Virus record (IMG/VR): IMGVR_UViG_3300046792_000244
Span: 1,090-65,089 of that record
Length of the DNA: 64,000 bases
DNA from: a virus
Taxonomy: Duplodnaviria > Caudoviricetes
Direction: 5' to 3' (one strand)
Program-made: the position numbers and the translations under genes
The notes under the pieces: model-generated
The model's database searches: none
The model's input: the letters and a program-made list of their open reading frames with translations, nothing else
What the model was told of the DNA's origin: nothing
In this document: positions 20,770 through 30,631 of the stretch, in pieces
How the letters are laid out: the number at the start of each line of letters is the position of its first letter
How positions within the stretch are numbered: position 1 is the stretch's first letter

Positions 20770-20979
20770 ATGGGCAATCAAAATCCGTTCACCAAGTCGA
20801 TGGTCAAGCTGAGCGTTCCCGCACACATGGGTTCGAATCTGAGCGTGGCCGGCTTCAACCTCGACACCGATGACGACGGCTGCGTCGAGGTGCCGCGCGA
20901 GCACGTTGACGTTCTCAAGGCGCATGGCCTCACCGAATACCAGCCGCCGGAGCAGAAAGCTGCCGTGAAGGCGAAGTAA
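20770..20979 (+). CDS. Hypothetical protein (post-capsid)
   Basis: AGGAG RBS; operon position. Confidence 0.6.
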   Translation: MGNQNPFTKSMVKLSVPAHMGSNLSVAGFNLDTDDDGCVEVPREHVDVLKAHGLTEYQPPEQKAAVKAK

Positions 20980-20983
20980 AGCC

Positions 20984-21754
20984 ATGGCCGACCTCACCAC
21001 CACCGATCGCGTCAAGTCCTATCTGGCCATCACAACGGCCGGCCAGGACGCCAACATCGGCGCGCTCATCACGCGCGAGTCGGCACTCGTCGAGCGTTGG
21101 TGTGGTCGGCAGTTTTCGCGCATCGTGGCGCGCAGCAAGCGCCTGAACGGAAGCGGCACGTCGCGCCTCTTTCTGCCGGACACGCCTGTCGTCTCGGTTT
21201 CATCGGTGAGCGTCGGCAATACGCCGCTCACCTATGCAGCTGACGGCCTCACGGCCGGCTTCAGTTTCGACGAGAACTGCATCTATCTGGCGGCTGGCGA
21301 ACGCTTCCCCTACGTGCCGCAGAGCGTGGCCGTGGCGTGGACCGCGGGCTGGCAGGAAACCGACGAACAGTTCATCCCCACCGGCAATGCACCGACACTG
21401 ACGCCGACCAACGGTGGCTTCGCCGTCAGCGACGAGGGTGTCGTCAGCGCTGCCGGCACCGTCTTCACTGCCGTCGGCAACACGCCGGCAGCCGGCCAAT
21501 ACGTCTTTGCCGACGGCGTCTATGCCTTCAACATCGCCGACATCGGTATCGCCGTCACCATGAGCTACGCCTACGTGCCGGGACCGATCGAGCAGGCCGT
21601 GATCGAGCTCGTCGGCCTCGACCTCAAGCAGCGCGACAACCTCGGCATCAAGTCGAAGACGCTGGCCGGAGAAAACGTCACCTACGAAGACCGAGGCCTG
21701 CCCACGTCGATCACCGACATGCTGCGGCCGTATCGCCAGATGGTGCCGGCGTGA
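20984..21754 (+). CDS. Head-tail adaptor with inserted beta domain
   Basis: DLTTTDRVKSYL..VERWCGR..VPGPIEQAVIELV..MLRPY. Confidence 0.8.
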   Translation: MADLTTTDRVKSYLAITTAGQDANIGALITRESALVERWCGRQFSRIVARSKRLNGSGTSRLFLPDTPVVSVSSVSVGNTPLTYAADGLTAGFSFDENCIYLAAGERFPYVPQSVAVAWTAGWQETDEQFIPTGNAPTLTPTNGGFAVSDEGVVSAAGTVFTAVGNTPAAGQYVFADGVYAFNIADIGIAVTMSYAYVPGPIEQAVIELVGLDLKQRDNLGIKSKTLAGENVTYEDRGLPTSITDMLRPYRQMVPA

Positions 21755-22107
21755 AGCTCATCGACCTCGACCCCGAGTTCCTGCGCTATGGGCGCGATCC
21801 GCTGACGGGTGGCGCTGTCTTTCCGCACGTCGACAACCTAGCGGATGCTCAGGGCGTGTCCTTCCTATGCCCGCATTGCTTTCAGGCGCTTGGCGGCGCC
21901 CGCGGTTGTCACTCCGTCATCTGCTGGTCGGCTGAGCGCGGCGTTCCCGCCACGGCGAGCCCTGGGCCCGGCCGCTGGCGTCTCGTTGGCAATGGCGTTG
22001 GCGACCTGACGCTCGACGCCGAGCCGCCGTGTGGCCTCCGGTCGGTGGTGCTCAATACCTGCGGCGCCCACTTCTTTGTCACCAACGGCGAGGTGACGCC
22101 GGCATGA
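21751..22107 (+). CDS. Cys/His-rich hypothetical protein
   Basis: FLCPHC..CHS..W..LTL..CGAHFFVTNG; overlaps both neighbours. Confidence 0.6.
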   Translation: MKLIDLDPEFLRYGRDPLTGGAVFPHVDNLADAQGVSFLCPHCFQALGGARGCHSVICWSAERGVPATASPGPGRWRLVGNGVGDLTLDAEPPCGLRSVVLNTCGAHFFVTNGEVTPA

Positions 22108-22547
22108 AGATCACCGTCGACATCCGCGCCGAAGAGTTCCTGGCCAGGCTGAAGGGTGCCGGCGAGCGGCTGCACGCCGTCATGGTTCGCGTCGTCACGC
22201 GGCTGTCGATCGAGATCCAGGCGGCTGTCGTCAGCGACAAGCTAAGCGGCCAGGTGCTGCACACGCGAACGGGCACGCTGCGCCGAAGCATCAACCGCGT
22301 GGTCTTCGACGAACCCGGCCGAATTCTTGCGCAGGTCGGCACCAACGTCGTCTACGCACGCGTGCATGAGTACGGATTCCAGGGCATTCAGAACGTGCGC
22401 GAGCACGCCAGGAAGGGGCACATCGTTCGCGCGCACGTGCGCAACGTCAACATGCCAGAGCGAAGCTTCCTGCGGTCGACGCTGAGAGAGTTCGAACAGA
22501 AGATCCGCACCGACATCCGGCGCGCAGCCATGGAAGCCTTGAAATGA
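22104..22547 (+). CDS. Tail completion/neck protein (HK97 gp10-like)
   Basis: RTGTLRRSI, VGTNVVYARVHEYG, MPERSFLRST. Confidence 0.8.
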   Translation: MKITVDIRAEEFLARLKGAGERLHAVMVRVVTRLSIEIQAAVVSDKLSGQVLHTRTGTLRRSINRVVFDEPGRILAQVGTNVVYARVHEYGFQGIQNVREHARKGHIVRAHVRNVNMPERSFLRSTLREFEQKIRTDIRRAAMEALK

Positions 22548-22996
22548 CACGCGAATCCATCTACGCCGCGGTCTTCGCCTTCTGGCAGTCGCTGACGATC
22601 GGCGGCACGCCGGCCTTCAAAACGGCAACGCGCAAGGCTCAGGCCTGGGATGGCGTCGCCCCCGAGGACACCCCAGCCCTTCTGCAGATGCAGGTGAGCG
22701 AAGAGGCTGTTTACCGCAAAGGCCTGCCAACCATCTGGAAGCTCAAGGTCAAACTGCTGGTCTACGTGCACACCGGCGCGCAGAACGACCCGGCCTTGAT
22801 CCCGTCGATCATCTTCAACCCTCTCGTCGACGCCGTTGTCGACGCCCTCGTCATTGACGACCCCATCAACAACGCCTGCACCCTGGGCGGCATCGTCAGC
22901 CATTGCGCCGTCGAGGGTGTCGTCGAAATTTTCGAAGGCGACCTCGGAGACACCGCGGTCGTCGTAATTCCCCTCACAATCTTGACTTCACCGTAG
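22544..22996 (+). CDS. Tail terminator
   Basis: Position before tail tube gene; TLGGIVSHC. Confidence 0.7.
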   Translation: MTRESIYAAVFAFWQSLTIGGTPAFKTATRKAQAWDGVAPEDTPALLQMQVSEEAVYRKGLPTIWKLKVKLLVYVHTGAQNDPALIPSIIFNPLVDAVVDALVIDDPINNACTLGGIVSHCAVEGVVEIFEGDLGDTAVVVIPLTILTSP

Positions 22997-23006
22997 GAGA
23001 TCCATC

Positions 23007-23741
23007 ATGCAATACTCATTCGGTTCCGGCGTGCTCTATGGCCGCAGCATCGACACCGTGAATGCCACGCCGGTGCGCTTCGGCGCGTTGCAGGGCGTTT
23101 CCCTCGACTTCTCCTTCACCGTGAAGGAGCTGTACGGCAGCTTCCAGTTCCCGATCGCGCTCGGCCGCGGCACTGGCAAGATCACCGGCAAGGCCGACTT
23201 CGCGCAGATCAACGCCCAGGCCTACAACGACCTGTTCTTCGGCACCGGCAACGTTGCCACTGGCGCGCTGCGCACCGCCGTCGGCGAAACCGCCACGGTG
23301 ACGGCCAACATCGTGACGGCCAGCCACAACAGCACCTTCGTCAACGATTTGGGCGTCATCCGGTCGAGCGATGGCGCGGTTTTCACCAAGGTGGCCAACG
23401 TTCCGGTGGGCACGCAGTACGCCTGCAACACCAGCACCGGCGTCTACACCTTCAACGCCAGCCAGGCGAACGCCGGCGTGGCCATCAGCTACACCTACAA
23501 CGACGCCAACTCTGGCAAGCAGATCAGCATCACGAACCAACTGCTGGGCACGTCGCCGCAGTTCGCCGCGGTGTTCACTGAGACGTTCAACGGCAAGTCG
23601 ATGACGATCGCCCTGAACGCCTGCATGTCGAGCAAGCTCAGCATGTCGACGAAGCTGGAAGACTTCACGATTCCAGCCTTCGACTTCATGGCGTTCGCCG
23701 ATGCGTCGAACAACATCGGCACGATCAACACCGAGGAATGA
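23007..23741 (+). CDS. Major tail tube protein
   Basis: AGGAG RBS; FGSGVLYG..KELYG..EDFTIPAFDF; precedes chaperone and tape measure. Confidence 0.8.
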   Translation: MQYSFGSGVLYGRSIDTVNATPVRFGALQGVSLDFSFTVKELYGSFQFPIALGRGTGKITGKADFAQINAQAYNDLFFGTGNVATGALRTAVGETATVTANIVTASHNSTFVNDLGVIRSSDGAVFTKVANVPVGTQYACNTSTGVYTFNASQANAGVAISYTYNDANSGKQISITNQLLGTSPQFAAVFTETFNGKSMTIALNACMSSKLSMSTKLEDFTIPAFDFMAFADASNNIGTINTEE

Positions 23742-23745
23742 CGCC

Positions 23746-24129
23746 ATGAGCGACGACAACGACGAAATCCAGAAGGTGCAGCCGACGGGCAAGCGCGGCG
23801 GCAAGTGGGTTACCCTGGGCCTGGAGGCATATCGCATCCCGGCTCTGGGGTTTGCCGCCATCGCGGATCTGCAAGACGACGTCGAGTCGTTGCGCGACAT
23901 GGGTGGTCGACCGAGCCCCGAGCACATGAAAGTCGTCGCCAAGATCGTGCACGCCGCCATGCTGCGCAACTATCCCGAGATGACGGTGGCCGAGGTCGAG
24001 GACATGCTCGACCTCGACAATTACAGCCCGGTGTTGTCGGCGGTTCTCAGCATTTCCGGCTTCAGCAAAGGCCCGACCACAGTGGGGGGGGCGCCGGCGT
24101 CGGTTGGGACTCCACCTATGTCGCACTGA
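23746..24129 (+). CDS. Tail assembly chaperone (gpG-like)
   Basis: Between tail tube and tape measure; G8 run near 3' end. Confidence 0.75.
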   Translation: MSDDNDEIQKVQPTGKRGGKWVTLGLEAYRIPALGFAAIADLQDDVESLRDMGGRPSPEHMKVVAKIVHAAMLRNYPEMTVAEVEDMLDLDNYSPVLSAVLSISGFSKGPTTVGGAPASVGTPPMSH

Positions 24130-24392
24130 TCGACGCCTTTGGCTGGACGTGGGAATACATCGACGAGGAAATGACGCTGCCGCGCTACGCGGCGATTTGT
24201 GACCACTGGCGGCACACGCCGCCGCTGGCCACCACGGCAGCGATCATCGCGAGGCGTATGGGCGCGATGAAGGCAGCCGAGGCAAAGCCCACGGTCGAGA
24301 ATCAGGCTGACAAGCGGCAGCAGCTGCTCGACCTGCTTGGAGGCTCGGCTGGCTTCAGCAAGGAGAAGCCGGCATGGCTGACGAAGACGTAA
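24084..24392 (+). CDS. -1 frameshift extension of tail chaperone (gpGT-like)
   Basis: GGGGGGGG at 24084-24091; -1 frame open to 24392 (GWTWEYIDEEMTLPR...). Confidence 0.7.
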   Translation, partial: GGGAGVGWDSTYVALIDAFGWTWEYIDEEMTLPRYAAICDHWRHTPPLATTAAIIARRMGAMKAAEAKPTVENQADKRQQLLDLLGGSAGFSKEKPAWLTKT

Positions 24393-27300
24393 ACATAAAG
24401 TTCGGCGCCAGCATCGACGACCTCAAGTCGAAGATGGAAGAGGTGCAGGGTGTCTTCAAGCAGGTCACCGAACGCTTCGCCGTGATGGCGGCCGTGGTCG
24501 CTGGCGGCGCTGCGTTCAAGGAATTCATCAACGAGACGAACAAGCTCAACGGTGAAGCCACCAAGCTCAGCAAGACGTTGGGCATCACGGCGACCGATGC
24601 CGGCACACTGAACACTGCGTTGGGCGACATCGGCAGTTCTGCCGATGAATACTCTGGCGCCTTCCTCAAGTTCAACCGCCAGCTGCGCAACAACAGCGAA
24701 GAGATGAAGGCCATGGGCGTCGATGTCGACGCGCTCAAGAATGGCCAGAAAGACAGCAACCAAGTCTTTCAGGAGTCGATCCGCCTGATCGCCCAATACA
24801 AGCCCGGCGTCGACCAGACGCAGGCCTCCATGAAACTGCTGGGGCGCGATGTCGAAAGCGCGCAGAAGCTGCTTAAGCTCTTCGGCGGCACCACCGAGGA
24901 GACAACCAAGAAGCTGGAAGAGGCACGCAAGAAGAACCTCGAGCTTGGCCTCACCATCACCAAGGAAGGCCTGGAATCCACGCGCGCCTACAAGGCGGCG
25001 ATGAATGACGTCAACGACGTGATGGATGGCCTGAAGAAGACCATCGGCAGCGCCGTGATCCCGATCTTCACCGAGATGGCCGAGAAGCTCGCCGCCATCG
25101 GTCCCACGCTGGTCGAGGGCACACGGGCAGCTGTGACGGTGTTCGTAGACATCTGGCGCACCCTGCAGGAAACCGTCGCTATCGTCTGGGATGCCGTCAA
25201 GGAAATTGCCTCGCAATTCGGTGAGGTCTGGCAACAGGTGTTCGGCAAAGACGGCCCGGGCGCCATGGAAATCTTCATCAACGCCCTGCGCATCGTGCAG
25301 GCTGCGGCGATCGGCTTCCGCATCGGCGTGCAGGTCGTCATCGAGGCCGTGAAGACCAGCCTCGCTGTGCTCACGAATTCGGTGATGAGCTGGGCGGCCG
25401 TCGCGAACCGCGCCTTCCATCTCGACTTCGCCGGCGCAAAGGCAGCCTGGATCCAAGGCGCCGCCGAACAGGAGAAGATCCTCGCGCAATCCGGCGCGCG
25501 CCTGGTGGCCATCGCCGAGAAGGGTCGTGCGGATCTCGACAAGGCGCTGATGACTGGCGGCGACAAGAAGCCGACGACAGCAGCTGGTGCGCCGAAGGGC
25601 GGCAGCAAGGAGATGCCCATCGAGGACAAAGGCGCTGACGCCAAAGCGGCTGCCATCGCCGCGGCGCGCCTGGCCTTGCAGAAGGCAACCGACGAGGCGT
25701 CTCTGAATCTTCAGCAAGAGTACCTGCGGCAATACCAGTCGCAACTCGACGACGCCTACAAGCGCAACCTCATCAGCGACAAGGACTACTTCGCGGCGAA
25801 GCTTGCCGGCGAGCTCTTGTCGGCAGACGCCAGCATCGCGACGAAGCGCAAGGAGATGGAAGCCGCGAAGGCAGCGGCCAACAACCCGACGGCGAAGCCC
25901 GAAGCCAAGCTCAAGTTCCAGAAGGAAGAGCAGGAGCTTCTCGGCCAAATCAACGTGCTCGAGGCCAAGCGTACGGACATCGTGCGCGCGAATGCAGCCG
26001 CCTATGCCGCCGTCGAACAGCAGCGCATGGATGCACTCGCCAGCATTTCAGCAAATCGAGCGAAGACGAAGGCCGACGCTGAAGTAGCGACAGAACGTCA
26101 GGCGCTCGACCAGTTGGTCGGCCTGCGCAAGATCAGCGCCGACGACGCCCTGGCCATTCAAGCCCAGCAGGAACAGAAGAGCTACTCGGCGACGCTGGCA
26201 CTACTCAAGGCCAAAGGAGATGCCATCCACGGCAGCGAGGCCGAGGCGTTGCAGCAGCGCGCGGCACTGGCAGCCGAGGCCGAATCAGCCGAACAGCAGC
26301 ATCAGGCCAGGCTGAGCCAGATTGCCAATGCGGCCGAGACCGAGCGCTACAAATACGCCTCCAGCATTCAGCAGCAGGCGCAGGCCGACTTCGCCACCAT
26401 GGTCGGCGCCATGGAGCAGGGAACGCTGAGCGTGAGCGACGCCTTCAAGGGCATGGGCAAGTGGATCGAACGCACGTTCGGCAACCTGATTGCCCAGAAG
26501 TTCACCGAGCAGTTGTTCGACACCGCCGGCATCAACGACGCCATCAGTTCGATCGTGACGACGATCACCGATGGCCTGACGGCGATCATCAAGAAGTTTC
26601 TGCTCAGCGAGACGCAGAAGACGGCCGCCGAGAAGGCAGGCGCCGTTCAGCGCAAGGCCATACAGACCACAGAAACGGCGGCGAGCATCTCGGCCACTTC
26701 CGTGAAAACAGAGGCCGCGGTGGCTGGCGAGGCTGTCGAGGGTGAAGCCGCGGTGGCAGGTGCAGAAGTAAAGATTGCCGCCGATGAAACAGCCAGCGGT
26801 GCGTCTATCGCGGCCACGGCAGCCAGTGCCATCGCAAACATTGCCGCGAAGGCCTGGGAAGTGGCGGCCAGCGTCTACAGCGCGCTCGCTGGCATACCTT
26901 ACGTGGGGCCGTTCATAGCCCCCGTGGCAGCCATTGCAGCCACCGCCGTGGTGCTGGGCTTCATTGGCCGCATCGCATCGTCTGAAGGCGGCGAAATGCA
27001 GGTCGGAGAAGACCGGCTCAATTTCGTTCACAAGGATGAAACCATCCTGCCGGCGCCGTTCGCCAGCGGCCTGCGTGAGCTCGTCGGCAAGGGCAGCGTG
27101 GGCCAGATCAAAGACGGCATGGCGCAGATCCTCGACACGCTGGCGCCCACGGGGGCGCGCCCGAATCCGCAGGGCCAGCCGCCTGTCGATACGGCGACGC
27201 CGACGCAGCCCCCTGGGCCCGGCCAACTGAACCCAGGCACCACGGCTGCCGTCGACTGGTGGCGTGTTCCAGAAAACCCGCTGTCATCACTGCAGCGTCA

Positions 27301-27481
27301 AGCGCAGAACGTCGAGCCCGTGCCGGCTCAGGGTCGCGACAATCAGCGCAACGGCGGTGACGTGCACCTTCACGTAGATGCAGTCGACGGTGCCAGCGTG
27401 AAGCGCTTGTTCATGGAACACGGCCGCAGCATCGCGTCATCGCTGCAAAATCAGGCGCGCAACTTCAAACCGAAGAAGTAG
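24374..27481 (+). CDS. Tape measure protein
   Basis: 1035 aa, Ala-rich helical, C-terminal FVHKDETILP motif. Confidence 0.9.
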   Translation: MADEDVNIKFGASIDDLKSKMEEVQGVFKQVTERFAVMAAVVAGGAAFKEFINETNKLNGEATKLSKTLGITATDAGTLNTALGDIGSSADEYSGAFLKFNRQLRNNSEEMKAMGVDVDALKNGQKDSNQVFQESIRLIAQYKPGVDQTQASMKLLGRDVESAQKLLKLFGGTTEETTKKLEEARKKNLELGLTITKEGLESTRAYKAAMNDVNDVMDGLKKTIGSAVIPIFTEMAEKLAAIGPTLVEGTRAAVTVFVDIWRTLQETVAIVWDAVKEIASQFGEVWQQVFGKDGPGAMEIFINALRIVQAAAIGFRIGVQVVIEAVKTSLAVLTNSVMSWAAVANRAFHLDFAGAKAAWIQGAAEQEKILAQSGARLVAIAEKGRADLDKALMTGGDKKPTTAAGAPKGGSKEMPIEDKGADAKAAAIAAARLALQKATDEASLNLQQEYLRQYQSQLDDAYKRNLISDKDYFAAKLAGELLSADASIATKRKEMEAAKAAANNPTAKPEAKLKFQKEEQELLGQINVLEAKRTDIVRANAAAYAAVEQQRMDALASISANRAKTKADAEVATERQALDQLVGLRKISADDALAIQAQQEQKSYSATLALLKAKGDAIHGSEAEALQQRAALAAEAESAEQQHQARLSQIANAAETERYKYASSIQQQAQADFATMVGAMEQGTLSVSDAFKGMGKWIERTFGNLIAQKFTEQLFDTAGINDAISSIVTTITDGLTAIIKKFLLSETQKTAAEKAGAVQRKAIQTTETAASISATSVKTEAAVAGEAVEGEAAVAGAEVKIAADETASGASIAATAASAIANIAAKAWEVAASVYSALAGIPYVGPFIAPVAAIAATAVVLGFIGRIASSEGGEMQVGEDRLNFVHKDETILPAPFASGLRELVGKGSVGQIKDGMAQILDTLAPTGARPNPQGQPPVDTATPTQPPGPGQLNPGTTAAVDWWRVPENPLSSLQRQAQNVEPVPAQGRDNQRNGGDVHLHVDAVDGASVKRLFMEHGRSIASSLQNQARNFKPKK

Positions 27482-27484
27482 ACC

Positions 27485-28096
27485 ATGGGTGACTCTGTCT
27501 ATCCTGTTTTCCAGGGCCGCATGTGGGACACCACGATGGCCCCGAACTTCAACACCAAGACGCAGGTCTCGGTGTCGCTGTCAGAACTGCGGGCAAGCTT
27601 CGCGGCCACGCCGATCTATCACTTCAAGCTCGGCTACGACGTGCTCAGGGATGGCGTGCAGCACCTCATCACTTACACCGAGATGCGCGACCTCATGGGC
27701 TTCTACCTGGCGCGCCAGGGCCGCTTTGATTCCTTCCTATACGAGCATCCCGATGACCACGAGGTCGTGGCGCAGGTCTTCGCCATAGCCGACGGTGTCA
27801 CGTCGAACTACAACCTCGCGCGCACGCTTGGCGAGTTCACGGAGCGCGTCGCCAATGTCAACGCCGTTGCTGAAATCACGGTGAACGATGTGCCGACATC
27901 GAATTACACGCTCACCAGTCAGGGCGTCGTTCAATTCACGTCACCGCCGGCGCTCGACGCTTCACTCGGCTGGTCTGGCACCTACTATTACCGCTGCAGA
28001 TTCACCAACGACTATCAAGAGTTAAACCAGTTCATGCACCAGCTGTGGAACGCAAAAAGCGTCGAGTTCGACGGCTGTCTGGGGACAAAGTTGTGA
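27485..28096 (+). CDS. Distal tail protein (DUF2460-like)
   Basis: GFYLARQGRFDSFLY, WSGTYYYRCRF; follows tape measure. Confidence 0.8.
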   Translation: MGDSVYPVFQGRMWDTTMAPNFNTKTQVSVSLSELRASFAATPIYHFKLGYDVLRDGVQHLITYTEMRDLMGFYLARQGRFDSFLYEHPDDHEVVAQVFAIADGVTSNYNLARTLGEFTERVANVNAVAEITVNDVPTSNYTLTSQGVVQFTSPPALDASLGWSGTYYYRCRFTNDYQELNQFMHQLWNAKSVEFDGCLGTKL

Positions 28097-29475
28097 AGAC
28101 GGCCACGCCCGAACTCATCGCCCTGCTGGCCGACTCCAAGCAGTTCGTCATGTGGGAGACGTACACGATCACGCTGTCGAATGGCAACGTAGTGCAGTAC
28201 TCCACGCGAGACGCCGACGCGCCGATGTTGCCTACGGTCCCCGAATACAACACCAGCTACTTGCTGGACACGTTCACCGGAACCGGCAATCTGTCGACGC
28301 ACATTGGCGAGGCCGGATCAAATTGGGCGGCCGTGAATTACCCGCCGCCGCTTGAAGACTATTTGATCAGCGGCGGCGCACTGCACCTACCGCAGGCCGG
28401 GCAGGACAACATCTTCCTCACGCAATGGGCCCCGAACAACACGACGCTGCAGGACTTTTTCATGGAGGCCAACCTGTCCTGCAACGTTAACGGCGCCTCC
28501 GTCAATATCGGCGTGCAGAGCGCCAACACGTCGGCCTACATGTACGCCTACGCCGACAACAACGGGTCGGCCAACGTGGTCTACGCGAAGCTCCGCATGG
28601 ACGCCGACGGAGGCCTCTACGACTCGGGATACGTCGAGATGCCGGTGCTGGCCAACGTGCCGTTCACCATGAGGTTCGAGGCGACGGCCAACAGGACGCA
28701 CGGCGAGCTCTTCATCAACAGCGTCTCCGAGGCCAACGGCACCATCTCGTCCAACCACACCCTGGGCTCCATCGGCGTCTCGTACATGCACCTCACCTGC
28801 TCCTACGGCTCTGAGGGCGCCACGCTGTACAGCATCGCCGGGGACAGGATAGCCCCGCCGCCGTTCTTCCTCGACACGTTCACTGGCACCGGCAACCTGA
28901 CGACGCACGTCGGAGAGACGGCGAACCCCTTCGTCGTCTACTACATCGGCACCTCCATCGGCACTGCCAACATGGTCCTGACCGGCAGTGGCGGTGTCTA
29001 CAACAACACATTCGTCGGCGAGGGGCAGGTGCTGCGCAGCCAGTACGCCTGCATTCCTTCTGGCACGTCTGACTTTTACGCCCTCGCTGACGTCAGCATG
29101 CGGCACAACACGGAGGCCTACGCCTACCAGATGGGCGTCTTCCTCGGCAACGACGCCGACTCCACGGAGGTCTCGCTGACGCTGCAGAAGAACGGGCTGG
29201 GCGACGGCACCCCTGTGACAGGCTCGGCGAGCCTCTTCGACGGGAGCTCCTATGGCAACACGTTCGACGCCGGGCTGGTGAACTCCGGCCAGGTGAAGCG
29301 GCTGCTCATCGAGGTGACCAACCTGCGTAAGACGTTTACCTACTTCCTCGACGGGGTGCAGGTGGGCACCACGACGAGGGCCTCGTCGCAGACGTTCGAC
29401 TTTATAGGCCTCTACGTCTTCAGCAACGCAGACACCAACACAATCGCGCACCGCGTCGAGGGAGGTCCGCTATGA
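28093..29475 (+). CDS. Tail protein: hub (DUF2163-like) N-terminus fused to duplicated beta-rich domains
   Basis: First ~45 aa resemble the hub N-terminus; two repeats start LDTFTGTGNL(S/T)TH(I/V)GE. Confidence 0.65.
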   Translation: MKTATPELIALLADSKQFVMWETYTITLSNGNVVQYSTRDADAPMLPTVPEYNTSYLLDTFTGTGNLSTHIGEAGSNWAAVNYPPPLEDYLISGGALHLPQAGQDNIFLTQWAPNNTTLQDFFMEANLSCNVNGASVNIGVQSANTSAYMYAYADNNGSANVVYAKLRMDADGGLYDSGYVEMPVLANVPFTMRFEATANRTHGELFINSVSEANGTISSNHTLGSIGVSYMHLTCSYGSEGATLYSIAGDRIAPPPFFLDTFTGTGNLTTHVGETANPFVVYYIGTSIGTANMVLTGSGGVYNNTFVGEGQVLRSQYACIPSGTSDFYALADVSMRHNTEAYAYQMGVFLGNDADSTEVSLTLQKNGLGDGTPVTGSASLFDGSSYGNTFDAGLVNSGQVKRLLIEVTNLRKTFTYFLDGVQVGTTTRASSQTFDFIGLYVFSNADTNTIAHRVEGGPL

Positions 29476-30191
29476 GCGACCCGATCGTGAAGAGGGGGAC
29501 CACCAGGACGGTCATAGGCACGGAGGTGAGCGAGCTGGAGGTCGTCTTGATGTCTTCAGGCGCCAACACAACGGTGGAAGGCCAGTCGCTGGGTGCCTTT
29601 GCTCAGCAGGGCGGATTCGATGGCGCCGTCGTGCAGGTCGAGCGGCATTTCGCGCCTGATTGGAGCTCAGATACCGGTGCGCTGACGATGTTCGTCGGCA
29701 CCGTCGGCGACGTTACCGTCACGGGCACCGAGGTAACGCTCGCCTTGAAGTCACCGCTTGAGCTGCTGGGCATTCAGATGCCGCGCAACATCTACTCTGG
29801 GCAGTGCATTCGCACGCTCTACGATCAGGGTTGCACGCTTGTCGCATCGGCCCTCACCGACACCATCACGGCAGCTGCCAACAGCACGCGTTTCTCTTTG
29901 CTTTCGACTGGCGATTTTCAGATCAACGGCTACTACGAGTTGGGAACAATCGAGGCCCTTGACGGCCTGAACGTCGGCAAGAAGCGCACGGTGAAGAAAT
30001 ACCTGAACACCGGATCTGGGCATGGCCAATTCAAGCTGGCCTTCCCGTTTCCATATGCACCGCAGGCCGGCGACACCTTCAGCGCCAAGCCAGGCTGCGA
30101 CAAGCTGCTCGACACCTGCGACAACAAGTTCGGCAATCGCGACAACTTCCGCGGCTGGCCATTCATTCCGCCACCGGAGTCGACGTTGTGA
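29472..30191 (+). CDS. Baseplate hub protein (DUF2163/BR0599-like), N-terminally shortened
   Basis: GGFDGA, MPRNIYSGQC..LYDQGC, PGCDK..C.NKFGN..NFRGWPFIP. Confidence 0.85.
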   Translation: MSDPIVKRGTTRTVIGTEVSELEVVLMSSGANTTVEGQSLGAFAQQGGFDGAVVQVERHFAPDWSSDTGALTMFVGTVGDVTVTGTEVTLALKSPLELLGIQMPRNIYSGQCIRTLYDQGCTLVASALTDTITAAANSTRFSLLSTGDFQINGYYELGTIEALDGLNVGKKRTVKKYLNTGSGHGQFKLAFPFPYAPQAGDTFSAKPGCDKLLDTCDNKFGNRDNFRGWPFIPPPESTL

Positions 30192-30631
30192 GCCCCGAGC
30201 AACGCGACGCCATAGTGCGCGAAGCCGAGGGATGGCTGCGCACGCCATGGCATCACAACGCCAGGGTGAAGGGTGCCGGCGTCGACTGCGCCCAGCTCAT
30301 CATCGCCGCGTACGTCAACGCCGGCGTCATTGCCGACGACATCGACACCGGCCAATACTCGCGCGATTGGATGCACCACAGAGAAGAAGAGAGGTTCCTC
30401 GCCTGGGTTCGTCTCTACCTTGATGAAGTCGCAGTGCCTGGCCGCGGCGACGTGGCGGTGTGGCGTTTCGGCAGGTGCTATTCGCATGGCGGCATCGTCG
30501 TCAAGTGGCCGCAGATCATTCACGCCTACCAGCCGGAACGCTGTGTCACGTATTGCGATGCGCTGAGCGGAAAGCTGGCGAAGAAAGACAGGGCCGTGCT
30601 CTTCTTCACGGCAGACAGGAGAACGCAATGA
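30188..30631 (+). CDS. NlpC/P60 tail peptidase
   Basis: WLRTPWHH..GVDCAQL..SHGGI..IIHA. Confidence 0.9.
   Translation: MSPEQRDAIVREAEGWLRTPWHHNARVKGAGVDCAQLIIAAYVNAGVIADDIDTGQYSRDWMHHREEERFLAWVRLYLDEVAVPGRGDVAVWRFGRCYSHGGIVVKWPQIIHAYQPERCVTYCDALSGKLAKKDRAVLFFTADRRTQ

Noticed and set aside
28093-29475. Duplicated tail module as a diversity-generating retroelement (TR/VR pair)
   Set aside because: No reverse transcriptase recognised; the repeats are short, in-frame and differ at non-adenine positions
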